Shown: positions 37,952 through 47,828 of the stretch, one piece after another
Position numbering within the stretch: position 1 is the stretch's first letter
Layout: every line of letters begins with the position of its first letter
Source: Acidobacteriota bacterium
Lineage (GTDB): Bacteria > Acidobacteriota > UBA890 > WLXD01
Direction: 5' to 3'
NCBI GenBank assembly: GCA_036012155.1
Contig: DASCOT010000236.1
Coordinates: 40,655-104,654, forward strand
DNA length: 64,000 nt
Notes under the pieces: model-generated
Told to the model about the DNA's origin: nothing
What the model saw: only the letters and a program-made list of their open reading frames with translations
Databases searched by the model: none
Translations under genes and position numbers: made by a program

Positions 37952-40276
37952 CTAGAAGTCGAACGACCGTGTCATCTTGGCGATCACGGCCTGGTCCAGT
38001 AGACCATAGAACTCCGGATCGTAGCGCACCGTCGACTTGTAGACCAGAAACAGATCGTCGCCAGTGCGGTGGATGAAGTTCAGCCGCGCGAAGATCGAGA
38101 GCCGCTCGGCAATGCTGTTGTATTGCACCAGGGCGCTCGTCAGCCAGCGCTCAGTGAAGTTATACGATGCCCCCATGCTGGCCACGTGGGTGTCAAAGGC
38201 GTCTGTGGGCAGCTCGATGCGGTTGAAGTCGTAGCGCGGCGACAGCGACAGCTTCTCGTTGAACCGCATGCTCATGCTACCGCCGTAGGAACTCCGCGTG
38301 CCGCCGAAGAAGCCGCCGCCGCTGGCGTTGACGCGACCGCTTAGCCGTCTCGCCCGGTACGACTCGAACGACACGCGCCACTCATTGCTGAGGTAGTCGC
38401 CGGCGCCGATCTCCGCCTGATCCGATACCTCGAACGGCTCTCGGATACGCTCGAAGGAGCGCTGTACCATGACGCTTGCCGAATCGCCCGACTCCAGTTG
38501 ATAGCGGGTCCAGAGAGTATGTTCCCGGGTCTCGGGGTTGCCGTTGATGTCGGTGACGTACTCGAGCACGGTGAAGAACATCATCTGCCGCATCCACGAC
38601 CAGCTTGGTCGAGGCTTCCAGCCAAGGCGATAGCTCTGCCGCACCATGTCGTGCCGCCGGACAAAGCCCATGTCGGTGGCGAAGTCGGGATCGACGTAAC
38701 TAACGCTCGCCTGGGCGCTCCACAGATCGCTGTCCCAACCCGCGTCAAGAGCGCCCACGTACTGCACTTTGTCGACTTCGGAATCGCGCGCCTGCGCAAC
38801 GTAACCACGCACGCTCATGTGGTCGAAGAACCGGAAGCTGGCGTCGATACCACCGACACGATTGTGCTCACCGCCACCCTGAACGTTGGTCAGGATCACG
38901 CCAACCGACGAGCGATCGAAGATGTCCTGCTTGAGCCGCAACGTGGTGTGGTTGTTTCCGGTGTAGCCGATCTCGCGGTTGTCGCCCGTCTGAGCGTTGA
39001 TGAAGCCGATGCTCGTGTTGCCGATCTTTCCGGTCAATTTCGCGCCGTACCGCATGGCGACCGGAGTTCCATCGAATAGCCCGATATTGCGCGAGTGATA
39101 GAGCAGCGCTCCGCTGTCCCCGCCCCCTCCTCGACCTCCGCTGCTGCCAAGAGCGAACTTGTCCGACCCCTCCAGAAAGAACTCCCGTCGCTCCGGGAAG
39201 AACAACGGGAAGCGGGTGAGATTGACGCGCTCCTCGTCGTCCTCGACCTGGGCGAAGTCGGTGTTGACCGTCAAGTCGGCGGTCAAGTTCGGGGACAGCT
39301 GGACCTTGAAATCCTCGATGCCGTAGTCGCCGGAGCGCTCGGTGAGCGGTAGGTCGGTGGCGTTGAGAGCTGAATAGCCGCCGGTCAGGTAGGGCTTCAC
39401 CCGATAGCGACCGGTGAGCCTGAGCCCCTTCAGACCGAGCAAATGGCCGCCCTGCGAAACATTGCGGAAGTTGAAGCCGCGGCGGTAGTTGCTCCAGTTG
39501 ACCTCCTCGTTCGTCCTCCGAATCTCACGGCTGAAATCGATGCCCCAGACATGCCCGCCGGCGGCAAACCGCATCGCCTTGAAGGGGATCTGCAACTCCG
39601 CTTCCCAGCCGTTCGGCGTGATCCTGGCTGCAGCCTCCCACCTCTCGTCCCACCGCGAATTGATGCTGCGCTCGCCCTGCAGCGTAGCGTCGTACTTGGT
39701 GCCGAGAGGGTTGACGCGAAACAGGAACCCATTGCGATGGTCGTGGAACGTGTCGATCAACACGGCGATGCTGTCGTCGGTTTCCAGGCGGCTATCACGG
39801 CGTAGGTCGGAGGCAACGACGCGATCTGGCTCGTCGTACATCACGAAGCCCAGATAGAGGTTGTCGTCGTCGAACAGAATGCGAACCTCGGTGCGCTGCG
39901 AGGGCACTCCACCCTCGACCGGCTCACGTTGTAGAAAGTCGGTCACCACCTCCGCCAGCGCCCACACGTCGTCATCGACCAGACCGTCGATAAGGGGGGC
40001 CACCGGCGCTTCCGTCGCCGCCATTCGTTTGCCGCCCGGGCCGATCTCCGCTTCCTCCTCGGGCGTCGGTGCACGCGCTGACTCGACCGCAGCCGGATCG
40101 GCGGCAGCTTCGAGGGCTTCGCGTAGCTCGCGCTTGGAGTCGTCACGCTGCTGCTTGCCTCGCTCCTGCGACTCAGCTAGAGCGCCAGCGGGCATTGCCA
40201 ATAGGATCACTGCTGCGCTCGCCAGCATGACCATCACCAGCCCGAGATCGCGGCGCAACCTATGCGTAATCGTCAA
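37952..40276 (-). CDS. DUF5916/carbohydrate-binding family 9-like domain outer-membrane-associated protein
   Basis: 774 aa; CBM9-like N-terminal region (PLIDG-LDD--W) followed by long beta-rich region characteristic of DUF5916. Confidence 0.7.
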   Translation of the reverse strand: MTITHRLRRDLGLVMVMLASAAVILLAMPAGALAESQERGKQQRDDSKRELREALEAAADPAAVESARAPTPEEEAEIGPGGKRMAATEAPVAPLIDGLVDDDVWALAEVVTDFLQREPVEGGVPSQRTEVRILFDDDNLYLGFVMYDEPDRVVASDLRRDSRLETDDSIAVLIDTFHDHRNGFLFRVNPLGTKYDATLQGERSINSRWDERWEAAARITPNGWEAELQIPFKAMRFAAGGHVWGIDFSREIRRTNEEVNWSNYRRGFNFRNVSQGGHLLGLKGLRLTGRYRVKPYLTGGYSALNATDLPLTERSGDYGIEDFKVQLSPNLTADLTVNTDFAQVEDDEERVNLTRFPLFFPERREFFLEGSDKFALGSSGGRGGGGDSGALLYHSRNIGLFDGTPVAMRYGAKLTGKIGNTSIGFINAQTGDNREIGYTGNNHTTLRLKQDIFDRSSVGVILTNVQGGGEHNRVGGIDASFRFFDHMSVRGYVAQARDSEVDKVQYVGALDAGWDSDLWSAQASVSYVDPDFATDMGFVRRHDMVRQSYRLGWKPRPSWSWMRQMMFFTVLEYVTDINGNPETREHTLWTRYQLESGDSASVMVQRSFERIREPFEVSDQAEIGAGDYLSNEWRVSFESYRARRLSGRVNASGGGFFGGTRSSYGGSMSMRFNEKLSLSPRYDFNRIELPTDAFDTHVASMGASYNFTERWLTSALVQYNSIAERLSIFARLNFIHRTGDDLFLVYKSTVRYDPEFYGLLDQAVIAKMTRSFDF

Positions 40277-40529
40277 GCGTCTTCACGGCCTCTGGCGGGG
40301 GCTGACGGCGACCTGGGAGCAGCGCCTGCGTCCAATCAACTCTAGCGATCTGCCAACGGGCGGACAATGCAAAAAGCGCCGACTGGCATGTTCTTTCCCT
40401 CGTCTTGACGCTTCTTTACATGACCACGACTCGGCACGCCTGCGAACGACTGCCGTTCCGCGACTTTGGGGCTCGGGCGTGGCAGAGTCTAGGCAGCAAC
40501 TATCCGTCTGTCACAAACCGGATCAAGCG

Positions 40530-42584
40530 ATGAACCGCACCCCACTAGCCACCCTTTCATTGGTCATTGCCCTGCTCTCGTTGACCGCGTCGATGCCGGC
40601 CAACGAGCAAACGGCGACGCCGCCACCGGCAAGCATCGAGCTCAACCCCGAGCACGTAACGATCGAAGTCGGGGGCGAAGCTCAGGTGACCGCGGTAGTG
40701 CGCGATAGCGACGGCAACGTGTTGGAAGACGTGCAGATCGTCTACCTGTCACGCGCGCGGCGCAGCGTCGGCGTCAACCCGGCCGGCAAGATCGAGGCCT
40801 ACAAGCCGGGCGATGCCGAGGTGGTAGCCATCGTTCCGAGCTCGCCGGATGCTGATCCGCGCGGCGACGACAATGCGCTGCGCGCTGTGGTCGCCGTCCA
40901 CGTACCGGTCCCACCGCTCGCGTCCATCGCCTTCGCCGATATGCCCGGGCGATATTACGCCGGGACGACCGTGCGTCCGGGGTTCGACGCGGTGGACGTT
41001 TCGGGTGCCAACCGCGCCGATGTCTCGCCGGCGCTAGACAGCAGCGACCCGTCGATCGTCGAGATCGATCACGTCGGATCGATGCGCCTCGTCGGTCATG
41101 GCACGGCCGTCATCACCGCCCGTGCCGAGGAGATTAGCGACCGTCTGGAAGTAACGGTCGCCGCGGACCCGACGGCATCGTTACGGCTGACGTCGAGCGC
41201 CAGCGAGGTTCGCACCGGCGAAGTCGTGCACCTCGAGGCCACGCCACTCGGCAGCGACGGCCAGCCCGTTCCGGAAATGCCAGTGATCTACGCGTTCCGA
41301 GCTCGTACGGATCAGCACGGCATCGGAGAGCCGTCCTCTGGGTTGGTCACCGCCGACGGGCGTTTCGTCGCCGACCTCCCAGGCGAGTACACGATCCTTG
41401 CGAGCGCAGGCCAACACTGGGCTTCGACAGCCGTGGTAGCAACGCCACGCAACGTCAAACGAGAGATCGAGCTAGTCGGCCACGGGCGCGTTGCAGACCG
41501 CAAGACCTCCGACCTGTGGGTCTGGGAGGCGCCGGACGGCGGTGACTACGCGCTCACCGGGACCTGGGGCGCGGCGGGGCACGCCTACGTTTGGGACGTC
41601 ACCGACCCAGGCAATATCCAGCTCATCGACATGGTCAAGGTCGACGCCCGCACCGTCAACGACGTCAAGGTCTCCGAGGATGGAAGGATCGCGGTGATCA
41701 GCCGGGAAGGCGCCTCGAACCGGCGCAACGGGTTGGTCATTCTCGACGTTTCGAGCCCGCGCGACGGGGTCAAGGTGCTGGCACGCTACGACGACCAGAT
41801 GACCGGCGGTGTACACAACGTCTACATCTACGACGATCACATCTACGCCCTTTCGAGTGGGCGTCGTTATGACGTTCTCAACATCGAAGATCCTCGCAAC
41901 CCGTATCGTGTCGGACGCTTCGAGCTCGACTCACCCGGCCGGTCAATTCATGACGTTTGGGTGATCGACGGAGTCGCGGTGTCGTCGAACTGGGACGACG
42001 GTGTGGTCCTCGTCGACGTCGGTGGCGGCGGCAAGGGAGGCTCTCCCACGAACCCGGTGGAAATGGCCCGGTACGCGTATCCGAGCGGCTGGAACCACGC
42101 CGCCTGGCCGTTCAAGAGCTCGAGCGGCAAGTTCTACGTCATTGCCGGCGACGAGGCCTTCCCGCGGGAGCTGAACCCGATGGGCCTGGATCGCTTCGAA
42201 GGGCCGCCGGTACAAGCTGCTGGATGGATCCACTTCATCGAGTTCGACGATCTCGAAAACCCGCGCGAGGTGGCCCGATACCAAGTACCGTTCGGCGGCA
42301 CCCACAATTTCTGGGTCGACGGCGACACTCTCTACGTCGCCTATTACAACGCCGGACTACGGGTCGTCGACATCTCCGGTGAGCTACTCGGCGACCTGTA
42401 CCGTCAGGGGCGCGAGATCGGTTACTTCCTGGCTGACGATCCCCAAGGCTTCAAGCCCAACGCGCGGCGTACCTGGGGCACGATGACCCACAAGGGGAAC
42501 ATCTTCTTCGCGGACAACAACTCCGGGCTGTGGGCGGTGCGGTTGAAGCCCGATGACGACGCAACCACAGCCGGGCCAGAGTGA
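40530..42584 (+). CDS. Secreted Big-2 Ig-like domains + LVIVD-repeat beta-propeller protein
   Basis: Signal peptide MNRTPLATLSLVIALLSLTA; Ig-like repeats; LVILDVSSP / LRVVDISG LVIVD-type repeats. Confidence 0.7.
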   Translation: MNRTPLATLSLVIALLSLTASMPANEQTATPPPASIELNPEHVTIEVGGEAQVTAVVRDSDGNVLEDVQIVYLSRARRSVGVNPAGKIEAYKPGDAEVVAIVPSSPDADPRGDDNALRAVVAVHVPVPPLASIAFADMPGRYYAGTTVRPGFDAVDVSGANRADVSPALDSSDPSIVEIDHVGSMRLVGHGTAVITARAEEISDRLEVTVAADPTASLRLTSSASEVRTGEVVHLEATPLGSDGQPVPEMPVIYAFRARTDQHGIGEPSSGLVTADGRFVADLPGEYTILASAGQHWASTAVVATPRNVKREIELVGHGRVADRKTSDLWVWEAPDGGDYALTGTWGAAGHAYVWDVTDPGNIQLIDMVKVDARTVNDVKVSEDGRIAVISREGASNRRNGLVILDVSSPRDGVKVLARYDDQMTGGVHNVYIYDDHIYALSSGRRYDVLNIEDPRNPYRVGRFELDSPGRSIHDVWVIDGVAVSSNWDDGVVLVDVGGGGKGGSPTNPVEMARYAYPSGWNHAAWPFKSSSGKFYVIAGDEAFPRELNPMGLDRFEGPPVQAAGWIHFIEFDDLENPREVARYQVPFGGTHNFWVDGDTLYVAYYNAGLRVVDISGELLGDLYRQGREIGYFLADDPQGFKPNARRTWGTMTHKGNIFFADNNSGLWAVRLKPDDDATTAGPE

Positions 42585-42639
42585 GCCGCACCAACCGGCA
42601 CCACTTCGCCGGTAGCCGGACGAGTACGAGCGCGTGTGC

Positions 42640-43818
42640 TCAGACCGTTCCGGCGCGCTTCAGATCATCCAGCCGATAGAACGTTCCGCGCCAGTAGATA
42701 CCGCCACGCCACAGCGCCAGCGCAGCAGCCCTGGCAAAGCACACCTGCGCCAGGAGCACCCCCAGCGGCAACAACGGAACGGTCCATAGTCGCAGGCTGG
42801 TCTCTCTCAACATGCCGATCTGCACCGCCATGATGGTGGCCATGGCGGTGACGTTGAGCCATCTCGTCGCACCGTCGGTGACCAACGGGGCGACGAACGG
42901 CCACGCCACCATGACGATCTGCGCCAATCCGCCCGCGACAAGTAAGAGCAGCGAGTAGTTGACCGCCCCCATCGTGTTCTTCTCCAGACCGCGGAACGCT
43001 TCCGTCAGGCTCGAGTACCACTCGACGTGGAGAAACGGCCCGGCGACAGCGCAATGCGGCGCCGCTCCGCCGGCCTTCAGGTTGGCTGCCAGCCGCACAT
43101 CGTCGAGCGGATCCATCGCCAGCGCCGTATGCTCTCCGGCACGCTCGTAGGACGCTCGACGGACCAGGTTGAAGCTGCCGAACCCTACTGCCGCAGAGCT
43201 CTGCGGGTCGCCGACGCGCCAGGGTCGAAAGTAGCCGTTGAACAGCAGCGCGAACGCGGCCACGAACAACTCCAGAGCCGGGCTCGTCACGCGGACATCG
43301 GCCGGCATGGTCAGGTGATCGTAGCCTTGGGCGACGAGATGGGCGACGGCGCGAGCAACCACGGTACGCTCGAAGACGACGTCCGCGTCGGTGAACAGCA
43401 GCAGCTCTCCCGCCGCCATCTCGGCACCTCGCTGCAGCGCGTGGCTCTTGCCGATCCATCCGGCCGGCAGCTCGACAACATGGATGACGTGGAGTTGGGG
43501 ATGCAACGCGGCCAAGTTGTCGAGCACGTCACCGGTATCGTCGTCCGACCGATCATCGACGGCGATCACCTCGAGGTTCGGGTAGTCGAGTTCCAACACC
43601 GAGCTCAGGGCAGGCTCGATCGTCGTGCCCTCGTTGCGCGCCGCAACCACCACGCTGACGCGCGGCAATGCGGTCAGCGCCCCTGTCTCGGGCACCGGCA
43701 TGTCACGCACGAAGCTCATGGTGGCGCGGCCACGGAGCGCGTCGATCGTGAAGGCGGCCCAGGCCACGCAGGTCGCCAACGCAAGAGCTAGGAGGCCCAG
43801 ATCGATGGGCGACGACAT
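42640..43818 (-). CDS. Membrane-bound glycosyltransferase family 2 (HpnI/ceramide-glucosyltransferase-like)
   Basis: VSVVVAARNE...IAVDDRSDDDT...LLFTDADV GT2 DxD-type motifs flanked by TM helices. Confidence 0.7.
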   Translation of the reverse strand: MSSPIDLGLLALALATCVAWAAFTIDALRGRATMSFVRDMPVPETGALTALPRVSVVVAARNEGTTIEPALSSVLELDYPNLEVIAVDDRSDDDTGDVLDNLAALHPQLHVIHVVELPAGWIGKSHALQRGAEMAAGELLLFTDADVVFERTVVARAVAHLVAQGYDHLTMPADVRVTSPALELFVAAFALLFNGYFRPWRVGDPQSSAAVGFGSFNLVRRASYERAGEHTALAMDPLDDVRLAANLKAGGAAPHCAVAGPFLHVEWYSSLTEAFRGLEKNTMGAVNYSLLLLVAGGLAQIVMVAWPFVAPLVTDGATRWLNVTAMATIMAVQIGMLRETSLRLWTVPLLPLGVLLAQVCFARAAALALWRGGIYWRGTFYRLDDLKRAGTV

Positions 43819-43820
43819 CG

Positions 43821-44789
43821 TTAGTCGACGCCGCGCCAGTCGCGTAGAAACTGCAGCAGGACGGCCGCAGAGTTGTCGGCGGCCAGCCGCCCGAAGGTGC
43901 GGATCTGGTTGGCTCCGGCACCGCCGCCAGCCAGGTCAGACAGTGAGCGAAAGGCCAGAAACCTCGTACCGTTGATCGCCGCCACCTGGGCCACGGCCGC
44001 CGTCTCCATGTCCACCGCGTCGGCTTCGAACGTATCCCATATCCACTCGCGAAACGCCGTGTTGTCGAGGAACGTGGGTCCCGAAACGCCGTTGCCGCCG
44101 ACGACCAGATGCGGTGTCCTCTCGAGGCACTCACCGGAGTCGGCACAACGTCTGAGCGTCAGCTCGCCAGCGAGCTCGCGAGCCCGCGCCAGCATGCGCT
44201 CGTCGACCGCGAACCAAAACTGCCGCGAACGACGTTGGGAGTCGATTCGTGCTCCCGGCATGAGTTGTCCGCGAGGGAACATCATGCCGAAATTGGTGAA
44301 CTCCTGGGCACGACCGCCGGTATCCCAGCCGCCGTTCGTCTGGCGAGCGAACACCATTTCCTGATGCTGGCCCCAGCGCGACGGAACGGTCACATCGCCA
44401 ATGTTCAGCCCCGGGTTTGCTCCACCGGCGATACCCGAAAAGACAATCGCTCCGACCTCGAAGTGGTCGACGACCGCCTGCGTCGCCGCCGCCGCATTCA
44501 CCATGCTGACGCCGGCCAGCAACATCACCACGGGGTGCCCTTCGAGGCTCCCCACATGGTGGGTCCGCCCGGCGATCTCGATCCTGCTGTCGATGCGCGA
44601 CGCCGCCAGCAGCTTCTCGAGCTCCGGCTCGACAGCGCACATGATCACGATGCGGACCGGCTCCCGGGCAACGAAGGACGACCGGGCGCCACTCGGCCCA
44701 CCAGTCGGCGGCTCGGCTACTCGTACGTTGGCGCAAGACGTGCCCGCGCACGCCAGCAAGAGCCACGCGACAGCGAGCCGACTGCGCAC
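43821..44789 (-). CDS. PNP/UDP/MTAN-family nucleoside phosphorylase-fold protein, predicted lipoprotein
   Basis: VRIVIMCAVEPELE...FSGIAGG phosphorylase family 1 fold; candidate GTG start with lipobox LLLAC; 3-nt gap to GT2 gene. Confidence 0.6.
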   Translation of the reverse strand: MRSRLAVAWLLLACAGTSCANVRVAEPPTGGPSGARSSFVAREPVRIVIMCAVEPELEKLLAASRIDSRIEIAGRTHHVGSLEGHPVVMLLAGVSMVNAAAATQAVVDHFEVGAIVFSGIAGGANPGLNIGDVTVPSRWGQHQEMVFARQTNGGWDTGGRAQEFTNFGMMFPRGQLMPGARIDSQRRSRQFWFAVDERMLARARELAGELTLRRCADSGECLERTPHLVVGGNGVSGPTFLDNTAFREWIWDTFEADAVDMETAAVAQVAAINGTRFLAFRSLSDLAGGGAGANQIRTFGRLAADNSAAVLLQFLRDWRGVD

Positions 44790-44839
44790 CAGAACAGGCC
44801 TCCTGGCCGTCGCCACCCCGGCGAACGAGGCGGGCTGAA

Positions 44840-45766
44840 CTACTGCGCCGTTACTGAATCGCCTTCGGCAGCAGATCCCTCGACGAGTCGGCAAATCGCC
44901 GACTGCCCGAGTACACGGGTGACTTCGAGCAGGCCAACGCGATCGGTGATCCGGTCGAGGACGTTGCCCTGCGCGTCCTTGATCTCGTCGACGACGCTCA
45001 TGACGGCGAACCGTTGGCCGACCGCAATACCGAAGTTCTGACCGCGATCGATGTAGTAGTCGTCGCCGCGATTTCCGACGATGCTGGCCGGCGGCATCAC
45101 CGGCTTGAGACCCTCGAAGCTACTCGCCTGATCGACGATCTCTTCGACGGCTTCTTCGATCGCCGGGCGAAGAGCCTCTTGCGCCAAACCCTCGTCGAAA
45201 TTTTGTTCGAAGTCGACGTTGTTGATCTGAATGCCAACGAGGCGCTTCTTTCCCTCGCCTTCGGCCACCACCAGGATCTCGGCAGTCACCGTGTTCACCA
45301 CGCGCACGTCGACAATGCTCTCGGCCTCGGTGAAACGCCCGCCGATTCCGCCGATTCCGACACGCTTGCTCTCGACCGAGAACTGGGTGATCGAGCCCGT
45401 CACCATGAGCTGGACACCGAGAACCTTGCCGAGCTCTGCAGCCGTCGATGCGTTGACGGGTCCGCTAGCCCCGAGGTCCTGCTCGGCCAGTATCGCCTCG
45501 AGCTCTCGGCGTTCGATCACCGAGAACCGCCCTGAGCGCACCAGTTGGGTGGCGAGCTCGTCGGCAGCGGCCGCCCCGAGACGGTCACCCCAGTACCCCC
45601 GAGTGCTGTTGTTGTAGAAGTTCATCACCGCGACACGCACCTTGCTCTGGGCCTGGACGGGAGCAGGAGCGACAACAGAAAACGCGATAAGGAACGCGAC
45701 GGCGACGGCGGCGAGTCGGGACAAGTGATTGCTCACGGGTGCCTCTCTGGTTGGAGCGGATCTCAT
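44840..45766 (-). CDS. CsgG/HfaB family outer-membrane lipoprotein
   Basis: Signal peptide, KVRVAVMNF...ELATQLVRSGRFSVIERRELEAIL hallmark of CsgG family. Confidence 0.8.
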   Translation of the reverse strand: MRSAPTREAPVSNHLSRLAAVAVAFLIAFSVVAPAPVQAQSKVRVAVMNFYNNSTRGYWGDRLGAAAADELATQLVRSGRFSVIERRELEAILAEQDLGASGPVNASTAAELGKVLGVQLMVTGSITQFSVESKRVGIGGIGGRFTEAESIVDVRVVNTVTAEILVVAEGEGKKRLVGIQINNVDFEQNFDEGLAQEALRPAIEEAVEEIVDQASSFEGLKPVMPPASIVGNRGDDYYIDRGQNFGIAVGQRFAVMSVVDEIKDAQGNVLDRITDRVGLLEVTRVLGQSAICRLVEGSAAEGDSVTAQ

Positions 45767-45852
45767 GAGCTCAGTGTATTGCAGATAGTCGCCCCGTTGC
45801 AGCTATGTCGAGGCACCGAGTATGTCGAGGCACCAGGCCACCGGCGCCGCGC

Positions 45853-46275
45853 TCAGCGAGCCGCGGACGTGCTAAACGGAATCGTGCCGCGGATCGGATG
45901 GCCGTCACCGCTCGAAGTTCGCCAGGTAACGGCGTGGTCACCCGGTTCCAGATCGCTCAGAACTTCGGCATAGAGCGAGTTCTCGTCGCCAGCCTGCAGC
46001 TCGCCGAGCTCCTCGGCATCGTGGCAACTCAGGACAATCCGGCTAACCGCCAGCTCCGGCGCCAGCGAGAACCAGAGACGGATCTCCGCGGGCCGCTCGT
46101 CGAGCACAGTGTCCTGCTCGGGTGCACTGCCGGTCAGGCGTAAGTGCGGGGCGGTCGGAGCTGCTGCGAGCAGGGTCGGGATAGCGAACGCTACTAGCAG
46201 AGCCAGGATGCGGCTATCCCAGCGCCCATGATCGCTGCGGCGCTCATTCTCGGAGTGTTCGTGCGTGTGAGTCAT
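45853..46275 (-). CDS. CopC-domain copper-binding protein (His-rich N-terminus)
   Basis: HTHEHSE His-rich leader, TM/signal, CopC-like beta-sandwich region; start uncertain (46275 or 46404). Confidence 0.55.
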   Translation of the reverse strand: MTHTHEHSENERRSDHGRWDSRILALLVAFAIPTLLAAAPTAPHLRLTGSAPEQDTVLDERPAEIRLWFSLAPELAVSRIVLSCHDAEELGELQAGDENSLYAEVLSDLEPGDHAVTWRTSSGDGHPIRGTIPFSTSAAR

Positions 46276-46400
46276 CGGTAATCTCTCGGCGCACATTGCA
46301 TTCGTCCTCAGTGTCGAAACGTACGGCGGTGCATAGATGAAACGTACGGCGCCGGCTAGAAGGACACAACCCGGCTGCCTCTGGCAACGTGTGCGGGTCG

Positions 46401-47810
46401 TCACTGAATACCGACGCGCCCGCGCACCGACTCAATCAACTTGGCGGAGTCGTAGCCGACTCCCCCCTTGAACACCAGCTTCACGTTGCGAATATCGCGC
46501 GGGTTGGCGACGGGATTGCCATCAAGCACCACCAGGTCCGCTTGCTTTCCGACTTCGACGGAGCCGACCTCGTCGTAGATACCGAGCACCTTGGCGCCGT
46601 TGGCGCTGACGATCCGTATCGCCTCGACGGGCGTGAAGTCGGTCTCGAGCAGGAGCTCGAAATTTCGCTGGTCACCGAAGCCTGGGAGCGCCGCTCCGTA
46701 CCCGGTCGGATCGACGCCCGCCGCCAGCACGCCACCGGACTCAACGAACATGTAGTCGTACTGCAGCGCCTTGAGGAACAGCTCGGGCGCTATCGACCCG
46801 CTCTCCTCGATGCGCGCCGCCCCCGCCACGACCTCCTCGAGCGCCCCGGGCGCCAGCGCCTCGCGGGCCCGCGGGTCGAGCTCCGTGCGACCCTTGACGA
46901 ACATCTCGTACACCACCGGCGTGGTGGTCATCGGAACGCCAGCCGCAACCATCTCCCTGAAGGTAGTCTTCACCTGCTGGCTCGAGAGATCGAGCTCGGT
47001 AACACTCTGCATCAGGTTCCGGGAGCAGGCGTCAGGGGAGCGCGTCTCGTCGTAGTCGCTGTTAGTCAGGAGACCGTGCTCGATGTTGTCGATACCTGCC
47101 TCGACCGCCTCTCGAAAGCTGACCGAGCAGAGGTGAGCGGTCACCTTGATGCCATGCTTGTGCGCCTCGTCGATCGCTGCGGCGAGCTCGTCGCGACTGA
47201 TCCAGGTGTAGGCCTTGAACCAGTCGACGCCCTCCTCGGCCCAGTAACTCACGACGCGGCGTGCATGCTCCGGGTCAGAAAGCCGCGCCATCGTCATCGA
47301 GCCCTGGTCCCCCGTCAGGTAGGGGCCGGTCACGAACATCCGCGGGCCCGGGACCTCACCCGCCTCGATCGCCTTCTTGAGGTTGATCTCCGCATAGGGA
47401 TACTCGCTGCCGGTCGTACGAATCGTCGTTACTCCCGCGGCCAGGTACAGACGGGGGCCTGTAAAGCTCATCTGCACGGCGCGTCGCGACGTCGTGTAGT
47501 AGCTGTGGTCGTGCAACCCGACAAGGCCGGGAATCACGGTGTGACCGTCCAGCTCCACCACCTCGATGGCAGCTCCCAGGTCGACGGAATCGGCATCATC
47601 GATCCTGGCGATGAGCCCGTCGCGGATGAGGATCGTCTGATCCTCCATCGCCGGCGCACCGGTGCCATCGACCACTCGCACATGGGTCAGCGCCACTCCA
47701 CGGGCCTGCACGGCGCCGTACTCGAGGACTTCCTCTGAGAGCTCCTGCGGCATCGACGCCGCGGCGATGAGGGCGACTGTTGCTCCGGCAACGACGAGTA
47801 ATTTCTTCAT
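46401..47810 (-). CDS. Amidohydrolase family protein (metal-dependent hydrolase), secreted
   Basis: Signal peptide; HxH metal-binding HDHS, TIM-barrel amidohydrolase layout. Confidence 0.8.
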   Translation of the reverse strand: MKKLLVVAGATVALIAAASMPQELSEEVLEYGAVQARGVALTHVRVVDGTGAPAMEDQTILIRDGLIARIDDADSVDLGAAIEVVELDGHTVIPGLVGLHDHSYYTTSRRAVQMSFTGPRLYLAAGVTTIRTTGSEYPYAEINLKKAIEAGEVPGPRMFVTGPYLTGDQGSMTMARLSDPEHARRVVSYWAEEGVDWFKAYTWISRDELAAAIDEAHKHGIKVTAHLCSVSFREAVEAGIDNIEHGLLTNSDYDETRSPDACSRNLMQSVTELDLSSQQVKTTFREMVAAGVPMTTTPVVYEMFVKGRTELDPRAREALAPGALEEVVAGAARIEESGSIAPELFLKALQYDYMFVESGGVLAAGVDPTGYGAALPGFGDQRNFELLLETDFTPVEAIRIVSANGAKVLGIYDEVGSVEVGKQADLVVLDGNPVANPRDIRNVKLVFKGGVGYDSAKLIESVRGRVGIQ

Positions 47811-47828
47811 GGCTCCTACCGTATTGGC

